DNA of 63,144 nt, filler included, from Folioceros fuciformis (GCA_049999805.1; 24 parts of 24 records of this genome joined end to end with filler, not necessarily neighbours in it); one strand, 5' to 3'. Counted from the whole stretch's first letter, positions 21,765-35,100 are shown. Program-made: numbers and translations. The notes: generated from the sequence alone by a model not told the origin.

Positions 21765-23971
21765 CAGTCTGGGCAGAAGCTGAAGATCCTGCGGAGCGAC
21801 AACGGCACGGAGTTTGTCAACCACGAGTTTGATGCCTTCCTCCGGAGCGAGGAATTCAGAGACAACTCACGGTACCTTACACCCCACAGCAGAATGGAGT
21901 AGCGGAGCGCAAGAACCAGACGCTCCTATCCATGACCAGAAGCATGCTGCTATGGTCTGGACTTCCGCAAGGCTTCTGGGCTGAGGCGATTGCGGCAGCA
22001 ACCTATATCTTGAACCGAGTTATCACAAGCTCAGTTCTCGGCCGTACCCCCTACGAGGTATATTGGCATCGCAAGCCCAGTATTCAGCACCTACAGGTAT
22101 TCGGCTCGCCAGCCTTCGCCCACATCCCTGCCAAGAAGCGACGCAAGTTGGATGATAGGGCAAAGAAGCTTATCTTCGTGGGCTACAGCGAGAGCTCCAA
22201 GGCCTACAAGCTCTTTGACCCGGAGACGCACGACATCACCCTGGCGCGCACAGTCACCTTCCTGGAGCCAGTCAAGCCAGCTTCAGAGGGAGATGTGTCG
22301 GTCGACAGCCCTGCGGCAGGCGACCCCGACACTGTGTGCGCGTACCCCACCAAAGATGGTGACCCAGGTTACATGGAGAACCTTGACGATGGCCCCATCC
22401 CTGAGGACAATGAGCCATCCGCCCCTGGCATACCTCCTGAAGACCTCAATGGTACCCTTCCAGTTGCTCAGCCCCCTATTGATGATGTTGTTGACGACCT
22501 TGGCCAGGAATCGCCACCGGCTGCCTCGGAGGAGCTGCCTCCTGTGGAGCCCGTGTTGGCTGATGACGAGATTGTGCCGGCTGTTCCGGCCCCCAATCCC
22601 GGCCCTCGCCATAGCACACGGCATCGAGCGCCACCATCTCAGTGGGCAGAGCCACCCTATAAGTCCATTGACTTTAGGACAGCCTTCAGCTCCCTATCCG
22701 CGGCCTTATCTCCAGCGGCCCTTCCAGAGGAGCCGACCACTCTTTCCCAAGCCCTCGCAGGACTTGAGTCCTCGCAGTGGCGGATCGCAGTGGAGGACGA
22801 GTACCAAAGTCTGCTTCAAAACAAGACTTGGGAACTCGTCGACCCGCCCCCTGGAAGGAAGCCCATCTCCTGCAAGTGGATGTTCAAACTTAAGCTCAAC
22901 GCCCAAGGACAAGTGGCTCGTTTCAAGGCCCGGCCGGTGGCTCGAGGATTCTCCCAGGTCGAAGGCCTGGACTACCAAGAGACTTTCTCCCCGGTGGTAC
23001 GTGCGCAATCCATACGGATTCTGCTTGCCCTCGCAGTTGAACTGGATCTGGAGCTTCATCAAATGGACGTCAAGACCGCCTACCTCTACGGCACCTTGGA
23101 TGAGGAGCTCTACATGGATCAGCCGGAGGGCTACGTCAGCAAGGAGTTCCCCCACAAGGTGCTCAGGCTAAGGAAGTGCATATACGGCCTCAAGCAGAGC
23201 GGGCGAGTGTGGTATATTACTATGCACATCTACGTGCTCAGCATTTCCTTCGTCCAGAGCGTGGCCGACGGCAACGTCTACACCCTGACTCAAGGCCCCC
23301 ATTTCGTCATCCTTGCCTTGTATGTTGACGACCTCATCCTTTCCGCTAACAACCTGGACTTGCTAGCGGAAGTCAAGCAGCTCTTGAGCTCCCGCTTTGA
23401 GATGAAGGATATTGGGGAGCTTCAATTCTACCTTGGAATTCAGATTCTGAGGAATAGAGCTGAAAGGAAGCTGGTCATCCATCAGTACAAGTACATCAAT
23501 GAGATACTGTGGAAGTTTAAATTGGATCAAGCCAGGCCCGTCACCACACCCTATGCGGTGGGCACAAGACTCACTGCTGAGCAGCGCCCCCAGACTGAAG
23601 AGGAGACCAAGGACATGCAAGGGATCCCTTATCACCATGCTGTAGAAAGCCTTCTCTTCGTCAGTGGCTGGACCAGGCCCGACATCCATTATTCCGTCTC
23701 CACAGTATCTCAGTTCCTGGAGAACCCTGGCAAGGCACATTAGGCTGAAGTCAAGAGAGTATTCCGCTATCTGAAGGGCACCTTGACATATGGGCTGATG
23801 TACCAGAGTGGAGGGACTGGCAAGCTTCTTCTCAATGGCTACACTGATGCAGACAGGGCGTCCGACCCAGATTCAAGGAAGAGCCTGAGCGCCCACTGTT
23901 TTCTGCTATCTTCAGCTGCCGTGAATTGGAGTTGCAAGAAGCAGACCTCCATAGCGCTCTCTTCTACGGAG
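21765..23971 (+). mobile_element. Copia integrase-RT-RNase H fragment
   Basis: [48 protein letters not shown]...WSCKKQTSIALSSTE. Confidence 0.97.
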
Positions 23972-24205
23972 NNNNNNNNNNNNNNNNNNNNNNNNNNNNN
24001 NNNNNNNNNNNNNNNTTAATTAATTAANNNNNNNNNNNNNNNNNNNNNNNNNNNNNNNNNNNNNNNNNNNNACTAGGGAAATTATAGAAATACATCTAAT
24101 TTAGATGTGATGTTTTCTGAAAACTCTCCTTAGTATAGTCAATGTATTTGATAAATCAGTAGTAGCAAGTTATTGACGTCATAATGTATACACCACTATA
24201 AACCT

Positions 24206-24424
24206 GCTCTGATACCATGTTAGAGTTTTCTAGAGCAGAGAGCTTGAGAAAATCAAAACAATGGTAGGCAAAAGAATAATACATTACAATTAACAAAAAT
24301 ATTTAAATACGTAAGTAAAGTGTCTCTTCATATTAGGGCTAATTAATCAAGGCTAATTATGGTAAATATATTATCAACCCTAATCTAATGACGTGGTTAC
24401 CAAGACCTCGTAGGTCTCTTAACA
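24206..24424 (-). mobile_element. Met PBS (24206-24217) plus Copia 5' LTR (24218-24424), inserted in another Copia integrase
   Basis: gctctgatacca then tgttag...ttaaca. The host ORF loses homology after VFQKFV. Confidence 0.85.
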
Positions 24425-26045
24425 CGAATTTCTGAAACACTGTTAGAACAGCATCATTTTTCCCCAAAGGATAAACCTTGCGTGAGAAATCATCTATGAA
24501 AGTGACAAAATAGGACGCACCGCCTAACGATACAGTGGGCATACGTCCACATATGTCACTGTGAACCAACTGAAGAGGTTTACTTTTGTGTTTACCTCTT
24601 GCTCCATGTGGTGACTTGGTCTGTTTCCCATACAGACAGTGCTCACACAAGGAGAAATCGGAGAAGTCAAAAGCAGGGACGTAACCAAAACGAGATAGTA
24701 TCTTCATTTCTTTTTGAGACATATGTCCTAACCGACTATGCCACAAGGAAACACTTGCCTGTTCCGTGACACAAATCACATGATCCTTGATAGTGGTTAC
24801 CTGAAGTGAGTACAAAGTGCCACACTTCAATCCACGAGCTAACATAACAAAACCTTTGGAGATCTTCCAAGAACGATCTCCAAACCAACAGTGGTAGCCA
24901 GCGTCATCCAACTGCCCTGCACTAATCATGCTCTTAGCCAACTTGGGAACATGCCTAACATCCTTTAGTGCGAATGAGGATCCGTTGTCGAACTTCAACT
25001 GCACATCACCAATGCCTGCAATCTCGCATGCATAGTTATTTCCAAGCCGTACACATCCTTTCCTAGTAGCATCATATGTGCTAGACCACTCTCTATGCGG
25101 AGTAACATGGAAAGATGCTCCAGAGTCAATTATCCAATTAGAGAATAAGTGACTCTCCACGGCTGTTAGTTGTGCAGAATCGAAGGAAGAAGAGATAAGT
25201 ACATCTCCATCGTCAACAGAATTCACCTCGTTAGGCTTGGTACTCGGACTTGCTTTGTTGTCGCTTTGCTTCTTCTCCTTTCCTCCGTCCTTCTTGAACT
25301 TCTCGCAGTCCTTCCTGATGTGCCCCTTCTTGTGACAATGTTAACACTCAACATTGTTACGACTACGAGATTTACTACGGGAAGGACTTCGCTCTTTGTA
25401 CTTCCCCTTTGAAGTGGACCTTCCTCTCACCATGAGGGCATTGGAACCTTTCGAAGGTTCCATATTCTCCTTGTTCACCTCCTCTGTTAACAGGCTACCT
25501 TCGACATTTACAATGGTAAGACCACTGGCAGGAGCGGAATTACTCAGAGCTGTACGAAAGGTGTCCCAGCTCTCTGGTAATGTGACCAACAGAAACATAG
25601 CTCTCACGGAATTTGGGAACGAGATACCTTGAGATGAGAGCTGGCTGAAAATGGTATTGAACTCGTTCAGATGATCGGACATCCTTGTCCCTTCCTTCAT
25701 CTTCAAGTCCACCAGTTGTTTCAACCAGTACACCTGAGAAGCCGCACTTTGCTTCTCGTACAGGTCACACAACTTCTGCCATAGCTCGTAGCTTGTGGTC
25801 TTGTCTTTCACGTTGAAGTAGACCGACTTCGACAATGTTAGCATGATGGTAGACCTAGCAAGCTCATCTAGATCCTGCCACTCATCCTGGGTCATGCTAA
25901 CAGGTTTCACTCCTAGCAACTTTATGGGCTTGATCTGCTTCTTCTGTACTAGAACATTATACACTTGTTCTTTCCAGAACAAGAAGTTAGTACCATCTAA
26001 CTTTTCGATATTGAACATGACGTTTTCTGAGGACACCATGTTCAA
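24425..26045 (-). mobile_element. Tnt1/Tork-like Copia gag-protease-integrase fragment
   Basis: FNIEKLDGTNFLFWK, LLVTLPESWD, RGRS..SRSKSRS, WIIDSGASFH, LWHSRLGHMS, CEHCLYGKQ, LVHSDICG, VTFIDDFSRK. Confidence 0.96.
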
Positions 26046-26433
26046 TATCGATGCAAATCAACCAAAATGCTAGTTAGAAACCGTCGAAATGTAATGTAGA
26101 TTTTGTTACCCTCGTTTCTGTCTACAATTTAGGATGATATGTCGAGCCTAAATCCTCCGTGTAGATCAGATTCCACCTTGTGGCCGGGATCCCAAATAGC
26201 TCTCGTCTTCGCCCTCGACGCCGCTGCCGTTCGCCGACCAGGATTGTTGCCCGCGTCCGGCGCCTTGCCTAGCCGCACCCTAGCGATCGCCCGACGCCAG
26301 GCAGTCCGGCTCTGGAGTCGGCGACCGGGTCGGNNNNNNNNNNNNNNNNNNNNNNNNNNNNNNNNNNNNNNNNNNNNTTAATTAATTAANNNNNNNNNNN
26401 NNNNNNNNNNNNNNNNNNNNNNNNNNNNNNNNN

Positions 26434-28705
26434 CACACAACAGGGCTTTGTATGCTGGTAGAGGAGTTCGTGGTGGAGGTGGAGGTTGATTCGCCAACAG
26501 ACAGTCATGGCAGGGAAGGCCCAAGCCAGTGGGAGGTAGAACTTTTTCGAATCCTAACCACAAACGTTTGACATGTAATTGGTGCAAGCTTATGGGACAC
26601 ATAGAAGCCGATTGCAGAAAGAAAAGAGCCGGTGAGCCTCGCAGAGTGTCACCCGAGGCAAATGTTACAAGCAGACAAAAGACGTCAAATGCGAACATTA
26701 TCCTTGCAGTCTATATGGCACATGCGAAATCAGATGAACGTACCTGGTTCGTTGACTCTGGTGCCTCGACACATATATGTTACACTCGAGACAGCTTTTA
26801 TAAATATCAGTCATGCCCACCAGGACAGTTCGTACTCCTGGGTGATGAAAGTGGTCTGAACATTGCTGGAACAGAGAGTGTGAGAATAGTATTGAGCGGT
26901 GGAATTGTTAGAGAACTTCACCAGGTGCTCCACGTTCCGCAGATGGCCAAAAATCTCTTATCTGTGAGACACCTTTGCAGAGAGTGGAGACTGAATATTA
27001 TGTTTGACAAAGCATCATGTGAGCTGATAGATTCTCTCAGTCATGAACCCTTAGCTATGGGGATGCTAGAGAATGATTTGTATAAACTGGATTGTCGAAC
27101 TCACCTCGGAGAACCAGAGGGTAGAAGCATCATATCGACAGCTATGCTGGCCAAGATGCTTGGTGCTAATAGCGAACAGTTGCTGTGGCACTGCAGATTA
27201 GGGCACCCAAATTATATTAAGATGAAGAGCATGCCAGAACAGAACCTGTATCGGAATAAGATAGACTGGAAGGTTGATGAAATAGAGGTTATTTGTGAAG
27301 CTTGCATTCATGCAAAAATGCCTAAGAAAAATCCAAAGAAAAATGTTGAACATAATTGGGCGAAAGATTTACTAGATGTGGTCCACACTGATCTGTGTGG
27401 ACCGATGTCCACGAAGTCACTTGGAGGTGCCTTATACTTCATGGTGATAGTAGACGACTTCAGCACGTTTACAGTAACCTATTTCCTGCAGCATAAGTCA
27501 GAGGCCTTGGATAAGTTCATGCAGTACGTTGAATACTCACAAAGGCACACAGGCAGACAATTGAAAGTTCTCAGAAGCGATAACGGAGTTGAGTTTAATA
27601 GCCTCGAATTTCACCAGTACTGCCAGTCCCTTGGCATAGTTCGGCAATTAACAGTGCCCTATAGTTCAAGCCAAAATCCTTTGGCGGAATCGAAAAATCG
27701 TTATCTTCAAGAATGTGCAAAGGCCATGCTATTCCAGGCAAGTCTTCCCAGAAGGTACTGGGCGGAGGCTGTCCATACAGCCTCATATATCCAAAATCGG
27801 CTCCCAACTTCATCCTTCCCAGGGGCGACTCCTTTTGAGCGCTGGACAGGCTCCAAGCCAGATATTTCTCATTTTAGAATATTCGGCTTCAAAGTGTTCA
27901 TCCATATTCCAAAGGAAGTCAGAACCAAACTAGAATTTAAGGCCAAGGTTATGCTGTTTCTAGGCTACTCAAAAGGTATAAAAGGGTACAAGGTCTATGA
28001 CCCACAGGACGACTTACTCACACTCGATTCGGAAAATTTGATGAGCATACTGTGTTGACAACACGCACTGACCTGACCGAGTCTAGAGATGCCCATAATG
28101 ATTCACAAGCTGGAAACGACCTCTTGGCCAACGTACCTGAGTTGGAAACGTCAACATTCCAGATAGACCAGTACACGCATGAAGATGCTCAACAAAACAA
28201 TCAGCAGCAACAGGCTGTGCAAGGACCAAGGCCAATTCATGTGCCAGAAGCCGTGAGCGTAGGAGATGTAGAATCAGAAGCTTCGGAGTCACATTAGGAA
28301 AAACTGGAAGTTTCAAGTAATGGCGCAGCTGACGCTGGCCCAGCTATGCTTTCAGTTGAACCCGGGGTAGAGGTGCGTGGTCTAGAAGGCATACCTCGTC
28401 CCCCTTGGAATGGTCACAGGTGCCGTATGGATGGGAGGCAAACCTGAGCACGAATCAGTCCATGCATCATGCATATTTAGCGGCCTCTGATCTGGGAGAG
28501 CCCTCGTCCTATCAAGAAGCCTTAAAATCCATAGATAAAGAAAAGTGGCAGGAAGCTATAAAGTCTGAGTACAAATCCTTGGTACAAAATGGAACTTGGG
28601 AGTTGCAGGATTTACCAGCAGGCAGAACTGCAATCATGAATCGATGGGTCTTCAAAAGGAAGCTGAATCCCGATGGATCTACAGCTAGATTTAAAGCAAG
28701 GCTGG
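26434..28705 (+). mobile_element. Copia zinc knuckle-protease-integrase-RT start
   Basis: CNWCKLMGHIEADC, WFVDSGASTH, LWHCRLGH, VHTDLCGP, RSDNGVEF, EPSSYQEAL...WVFKRK...RFKARL. Confidence 0.96.
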
Positions 28706-28884
28706 NNNNNNNNNNNNNNNNNNNNNNNNNNNNNNNNNNNNNNNNNNNNTTAATTAATTAANNNNNNNNNNNNNNNNNNNNNNNNNNNNNNNNNNNNNNN
28801 NNNNNATGGCATTGCATCCATCTCTCAATTAACAGCAAATAATGATGGCACAGCAGCGGAATTCAGGGTACAGGCCCGCACATG

Positions 28885-29110
28885 GCTCTGATACCATGTT
28901 GCGTTTGTGAATCGTTCCCATGCAGATCACACACGCTCGAGACACACTAGCAACGAATATCTTATATGTCAGGCGAACTCAGCACAAAAGTGTCCGAGAC
29001 CCATAAAAACGGTTACAACTAATAACTACCTCTAGGGTTACCCGTTGGGTGCCCTAATGTAAGTTCTACGTATATAACAATGTACTAATAATTACCTATT
29101 ATTTCTAACA
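28885..29110 (-). mobile_element. Met PBS (28885-28896) plus Copia 5' LTR (28897-29110)
   Basis: gctctgatacca then tgtt...ctaaca termini (214 bp). Confidence 0.85.
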
Positions 29111-29995
29111 ATGGTTTCTGTCTGACCGGTAGCGGCTTCCGCTATCTCGGTCGTGGACCTGCTGCTCTGTTTGACTTTCCCTTTCCCCTTGACTCGACTC
29201 CGAGCCTCATCCCGTTCCCATTTGTAACGGTCCGCGAGCTTCTAGACCTTCTCCACCGCGGCTGTCTCCTGCTCTTGCACCCTCAACAACTCTTCCTGCA
29301 TTTCCTGCTTCGCTTCATGTACTTTCTTGACTTGAGTCAAGAGCAGTTCCTGCTGATCCTTCATCGCCTATACTTCTTCCCGAGCTTAGCGTAATTCCTC
29401 CCGTGCCTGCGCTTTCATTGTACTCAGGGCCCATCGGGCTTCCTCTAGTTGTTCCCGCCCTGCCTCTGCTTCAGACAACTTGGCTTGCACCTCTTCGTCT
29501 CATTGTCCTTGCATACTCAGCCAGGTGAGCACCAGTGCAACCTGATCCAGCATATCCGCTTGTGCTTAGACCTCTATGTGAATGGGGATCGTGTACTTAA
29601 CCTTACTGTCCATGTGCAAATAGAAGGGACCAGGGCCTACTGCCCGCAATTGAGGATCCGCAGGGGATGCTTCTCCCATCGCTTCCAGGTATAGGGGTTG
29701 ACTCCCTGTTACTCAGAGGTAGTCTCGGAGGAGCTCACAGAAGAGGAAGCACAGGCCTGGGTGGAGCAAGAACCTGTAATGGTCCTCAGCAACAGACAAC
29801 CCGAAGGAGGAGGGAGAACTCCCCGGCGGACCCCACCCATGCCTAAACAAGCGAAGTCAAGCGGTAGTGAGAGTGAGGTTTTATGGGAGGATCTGTCTAA
29901 CCAGCAAAGGGGGAGGAGAGCCTTGGGATTTGGCGCTTGGGGAAGGAGAACGCAAAGGCTAGATAGGAGGCCAGCGCGGTGATAAGATAGGCCAT
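29111..29995 (-). pseudogene. Decayed coiled-coil ORF of a retroelement
   Basis: Manual translation EVQAKLSEAEAGREQLEEAR...KQEMQEELLRVQEQE...KGKGKVKQSSRSTTEIAEAATG, with several stops. Confidence 0.5.
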
Positions 29996-30469
29996 AATTT
30001 ATTGCATCTTAAAATAGTATCTAGATACGATCTGGAGAAGATGCTTTCTTGGACCTAATGCCGCTCACAATTAAGAGCACTTAACCGCTTAAGACTAGAC
30101 TAAATTACGGCTGCGACACCGCCTGAGACGCGTTGTACAAAGAGGCCTGTTGGGTCTCGCAAATTAGCGAATGTTGGAGATAGCTTCCCGGTTGAGATTC
30201 CCGCGCTATCCATGGTTGGATTGGAGATGTTTGGGTGCGTAGTGTGTGTGCGACGCTCCTAGGGGCAGTTGAGAGCTTTTGCTTTTGCAGCTGGTGGTGA
30301 GGGGGACGAATCAGCAAATTCCTTGCTGAGTGGAAGGTCTCCTTCCCTTATTCCTTGGTTCACTCGTTCAGTAGTAAGGCGGAGTCGGTTTGGACTGATG
30401 CAGGAGAGCGGGTATGGGAGAGAAGCTATAGCGCAAGTGAAGTGGAGAGATGGTCTGGCGGTCTGACGG

Positions 30470-31412
30470 TTTCCGCCTTCGTGATTGGAATTGTCCTTAG
30501 CCAACGGGACGAGAAGAAGCAGGATCACCCCATCTAGTACACAAGGCGACAACTTATTGAAGCAAAGCGGAAGTATACGACTACTGAAAGGGAAGCACTG
30601 GGAATGGTATACTTCGTTTGTAAGTTTCGTCACTACTTGCTCTCGTATGAATTCGTCTTCCATGTGGACCACTTTGCCCTCAAACACTTGGTGAACAAGG
30701 TGGATTTGTCGGGGCGCATAGCTCGATGGATTCTGTTGCTGCAGGAATTCACCTTCACAGTCAAGACACGGGAAGGCAGCAAACATGTGAATGCAGATTA
30801 TATCTCACACGTGCAAACAGAAGAAGTGACTCGTAGCCAGGTGGACAAGTTGCTCGATGAAGCTTTGTTCGCAACGGAGTTAGAGGAGGAAGCGGCTGCA
30901 CCAAATCTGAAGCGAAGAGGTAACGATGGTGTGGCAGGAAATAAGAAGAGGAGACCTACCTACACCAAGCCCACTTATAAAGAGGTATTAGAGAGGTTCC
31001 TGGAGACGGGGAGCATTCCCTCGGACTTGTTGAAGCAACAGCAACATGCTTTTGTGCATTATGCTCGCCCGTTTATTCGCAGTGGCGACGACTTGTATCG
31101 GGTAGGGCTGGATGGAAGGGAGAGGTTGTGGGTAACAGAGGGATAGATTCCCTGGGTGTTAGTCGAGTTACACGAAGGAGAGGTAGGAGGACATTTTGCC
31201 ACGCACATCACGTGCAGGAAAATTTTGGAAACTGGGTACTAGTGGCCGAGTATGCATCAAGACACTAGAGAGTTTGTGAAGCGGTGTGATGCTTGCCAGC
31301 GAGTGGGCAAGCCAGCGGTCACCACTCAATCGCCCTTGGTTTCTATCTTGGCCTTGGCCCCGTTTGAGAAATGGGGAATCGACTTTGTAGGACCTATCCA
31401 ACCCAAAACAAG
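30470..31412 (+). mobile_element. Ty3/Gypsy (Athila/Tat-like) RNase H-integrase fragment
   Basis: YTTTEREAL, KFRHYLL..FHVDHFALKHLVNK..SGRIARWILLLQEF, HEGEVGGHF, CDACQR, APFEKWGIDFVGPI. Confidence 0.93.
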
Positions 31413-31700
31413 TGTAGGGTTATTAAAGCTCAATGTGCTTAGACTAATGTGTTTAATCTAAGATTAGTGTCTAGTTAAGTTTCATTTGTTTAGATTAGCT
31501 TAAGCTAATATGTAGGAGGCTTCTTGCACACCTTCGTGTGCGCTTCTTGTGAAGCTTCCTTGGGAGTTCTTCTAGAGGGTATAAAAACCCCCTTGAGCTC
31601 CCTTGCAATAGAGACTTTGTGTGAGAGTGTGACCTCTCTTTCTCCTCTCCTCCTTGCTTCCTCCTGCCAGGCTGGGGCGCTAAGGCACCAGTCTGGCTGG
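31413..31700 (+). mobile_element. Start of an LTR inserted in the integrase
   Basis: TGTAGGG at the point where homology ends, plus gggtataaaa TATA and gagctcccttg shared with ~2930-2990 on the opposite strand. Confidence 0.65.
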
Positions 31701-31800
31701 NNNNNNNNNNNNNNNNNNNNNNNNNNNNNNNNNNNNNNNNNNNNTTAATTAATTAANNNNNNNNNNNNNNNNNNNNNNNNNNNNNNNNNNNNNNNNNNNN

Positions 31801-33451
31801 ATCCTTTGAAGAGAGAAAAGCATTCACTTTTGGCTTTGAGGATATAAGCAATGACAAACCTCGTTTTGTCATCTGTGAATGTCAGGAAATATTTGCCTCC
31901 ACCAATTGAAGGCTGTGAGAGAGGTCCACAGATGTCTGTGTGAACCAGCTCAAGAACTTCTGAAGCCCTGTAGGGAGCTTTATTCTTAAAAGCTGCCTGA
32001 TGACGTTTGGAGAAAACACAGGCTTCACAAAGAGGTAAGGGTGGCAATGTGCCAATTTTTCCATCAGCATACAGGTCATTGTGTGCAAGTTTCTGTAACT
32101 TAGCACTATGTGGGTGACCTAGGCGAGCATGCCATAATTTAGCTTTGTCTTCTAACTTACTAGTAGATTCTATAGACTTAGAAGATAAATGTGTTTGTGC
32201 TGTATGGTTGTCTATATGCAGACGGAAGAGGTCATGTGAGGATGACCCATAAGCTAGGATCTTACGATGGTCAAAGGCATCAATGATCCTACACTCTGTA
32301 GGAGTAAATAGGATGTAAGTATTATTATCCATGTTGAGTCTCCTAACAGAGATGAGATTCCTAGTCATTTCTGGAACATAGTACACATCTTTCAATATGA
32401 GTGTAACTCCAGAAGGGACTGAAATTTCTACAGTGCCTCTGCCTGGAGACACTAGTGATCTGTCATCACCTAAGTAAACAAACTGATTGTCTACTAACTC
32501 GTATGTGACAAAGGCATTTTTGTCAAAGCATATGTGCACTGTTGCACCTGTATCAAGGTACCACTCGCTGACTGGTTTACCTTGTGTGTTTGCAGACAAA
32601 CAGGTGGGGTTAACAAGAGGATATGCAAACTTCCTAATCCCTACTGTAAGGGCAGAAGGTGAGCCTTGCTTTTTCACCACAACATGTGTCTCAGAAGTAG
32701 AGTTGCCCTCCTTGCGAGGTACTCCGGCCTGCTTCTTTCGACATTCATTTTCCCAATGTCTTGGAATCTGGCACCAGTGGCATTTTCCAGACTTCTTGGG
32801 TTTCTTCTGTGCTGTCCCTCGCCGTGAGGCACCAGCACCTTGAAAGGTATTCTGTTTACCTTTGAAGTTGGGCCTTGCGCCCTTGTTTTTATTTGTGGTG
32901 TAAAGAGCCTGCTGCTTGCGAGCACGCTTGTTTTGTCCTCTTGTAGCTTCTTCCTGAAGAAGAGCTCCCACTAACTCAAAAAATGTTGTCTGTGGTATTG
33001 TGACACTTGCAGCCTTAGCTATCTTTGAAGCCTGTAGCTGAGAAGCATTGTAAGATGTCACAAAGTGTGACCATGAGTCAGGGAGAGACATCATGAAATA
33101 TAAGGTAAGCAGCTCATCAGATAGAGCCTCCTATGAAGCACTTTCTAACTTAGAAACAAGTGATCTAAAATGCCCAACATGTTTTTCAATTGTCTCCCCT
33201 TCTCTCATTTTGCAATTTTGAATGTTGCGAAGGGCTGTCATCTGACTTGTGGTATTAACACCTGCGTACAACTCATGTAATCTGGTCCATATCTCAAAAG
33301 ATGTATTGCAGCCAGAAGTTTGTCGCAGCATGTCAGAGGTTAGTCCACTTCTCACCAGGTGCATTGCAACTTCAACTTCATCCTTTGTATACCAAGCTTC
33401 TTGGTATCTTTTTTCAGCAAAAGAAGGAGAAGATTCAGAAGATGCAGTAGG
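31801..33451 (-). mobile_element. Copia gag-protease-integrase fragment
   Basis: KMREGETIEKH, SLPDSWSHFV, CHWCQIPRHWENEC, WYLDTGATVH, LWHARLGH, LVHTDICGP. Confidence 0.96.
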
Positions 33452-33694
33452 TGTTGGAAGTTGAAGACGGACAAGATATCCAAGAAAGAATAATTTACTG
33501 ATACAATGATACGTGTCTTATACTTCTACATACAGTTATAACTACAGTAATTCAGTTAAGTGTCTAAGTAACTTGATTAACTGCCTAAACTGTTAGGCTA
33601 TTATTTTAAACTGGTTACGGGCGAAACATTACCTAAAAACTAGGTCCTGATCTGACGGCGCCTAAACCCTATCATTCGCACCAACACTCCCCCT
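33452..33694 (-). mobile_element. 3' LTR (33452-33686) plus PPT (33687-33694) of an element inserted into gag
   Basis: Termini tgttgg...ccaaca; ctccccct = AGGGGGAG on minus. Confidence 0.85.
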
Positions 33695-33739
33695 CGCTGC
33701 AGATCCAGTAACTCCCATCGCGCCGCCGCCAAAAGAAAT

Positions 33740-34050
33740 ATGGCTTCAGTCTCACATGCCTTCGTGCAAATGATTCTCAGCCTTTTGTCCAGCATCTGGT
33801 GGTTGCTCCAGCTCGCAAGTCATATAATCTTGTGCCTGAGCGAGCGGATTGAGAACCTCGACCGAGCCGGAGCCCTAGTGAGCGGATCTGGAAAAGTGAA
33901 AAGACGGCGCAACCGGGCGGATCCAAGTGTGCTTCAAAGAGAAATTGCAACTCTATCAGTATGGAGGAATTCTTGCTTGCTGCGTCCAAACCTCTCCCTG
34001 CTGACGATGAGGTCGAGTGATGAAGATGTAAGCAGGGTTGTCGATGCTGA
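33740..34050 (+). CDS. Antisense 3' ORF next to PPT, N-terminal hydrophobic segment; runs off contig
   Basis: MASVSHAFVQMILSLLSSIWWLLQLASHIILCLSERIENLD...; ATG is ~45 bp inside the PPT, opposite to element orientation. Confidence 0.5.
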
Positions 34051-34150
34051 NNNNNNNNNNNNNNNNNNNNNNNNNNNNNNNNNNNNNNNNNNNNTTAATT
34101 AATTAANNNNNNNNNNNNNNNNNNNNNNNNNNNNNNNNNNNNNNNNNNNN

Positions 34151-34754
34151 TTAGTCCATCTATTGTGAGCATATGTTGAACAGGAAGGACAAGCATTAGG
34201 CTCAGCAAACTTATATCTATTGTTTGTATTTTTCACAGATTTCATGGCAGCTGAACGAAACACAGGGTAACGTAAGAGCTCTGCCTTCAATAAGGTTTGA
34301 AGTTTGAAATCTATGTGCCTAATTTGTTCCTGCACATCTCTTACATCTATGCTCACAGTGGAAATAGTTCTGTTTGTATGTGCATAACGCCTATCAATAA
34401 TATACTGTACTGTGAGTGTGATTCAATTCTCTGAGCCAACTGACTTACAGAAATGTGTTGTGCAAATTGCGCTGTTAGAAAATTGTTAGGGTTACCAGCT
34501 ACTTCTTGAGGGCGTGGGCGTCCCCAAGGAATGGATTCAAAGGCCAGGTATTGGAAATCTGGATACAACTTTTCCACAATTGTGTTGAATGCCCATTCAA
34601 GCTCTATGATTTGGGCAGGCCTGTCTTGATTTCTGTAGATCCATTCTTGGGCTCTTTGATCAAGCCTTTCTGAAATGCTTCTCTCTCCAGCCCTCAAGGG
34701 ATTGTGGCACTCAGCATAAGGTCGCCGTTGGTAGCCCTCTAAATTTTGTGCCAT
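34151..34754 (-). CDS. Unknown ORF(s) downstream of a Met PBS (two frames joined at ~34355)
   Basis: 133-aa ORF 34353-34754 overlapping a second frame SIDVRDVQEQIRHIDFKLQTLL...NACPSCSTYAH. Confidence 0.55.
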
Positions 34755-35088
34755 CTGAATGGCAAGAACTTTGATTGTAAGAATAGGAATACATTCTTCT
34801 TATTCTGAATTTATAAATCAATTTCAAACGCTTATTTTCATGATCTGACATGTGTCCTAGCGGACCTTTATCAGAATTGCTAAAAGGTCTGCTAGGAAAT
34901 TTTTCAGGTTTATAAAATCAAGCAAATAAATTCAAATAAACAATCAAAGTTTAGTTTCTTAAATGTGTTTTGTTTATATTTTCAAGAAACATTTTCTTGA
35001 AAAGATATGAACCAAAACACATGTTTGTGCATATCTAAGTATGCACAATTTGATGTGCATTCTCTAGAATGCAACCAACACCTCTAAA

Positions 35089-35100
35089 GCTCTGATACCA
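35089..35100 (-). promoter_or_regulatory. tRNA-iMet PBS
   Basis: gctctgatacca, exact. Confidence 0.9.

Noticed and set aside
24357-24424. C-terminus LRDLRGLGNHVIRLGLIIYLP of the 289-aa ORF as a real integrase end
   Set aside because: Read-through into an inserted LTR.
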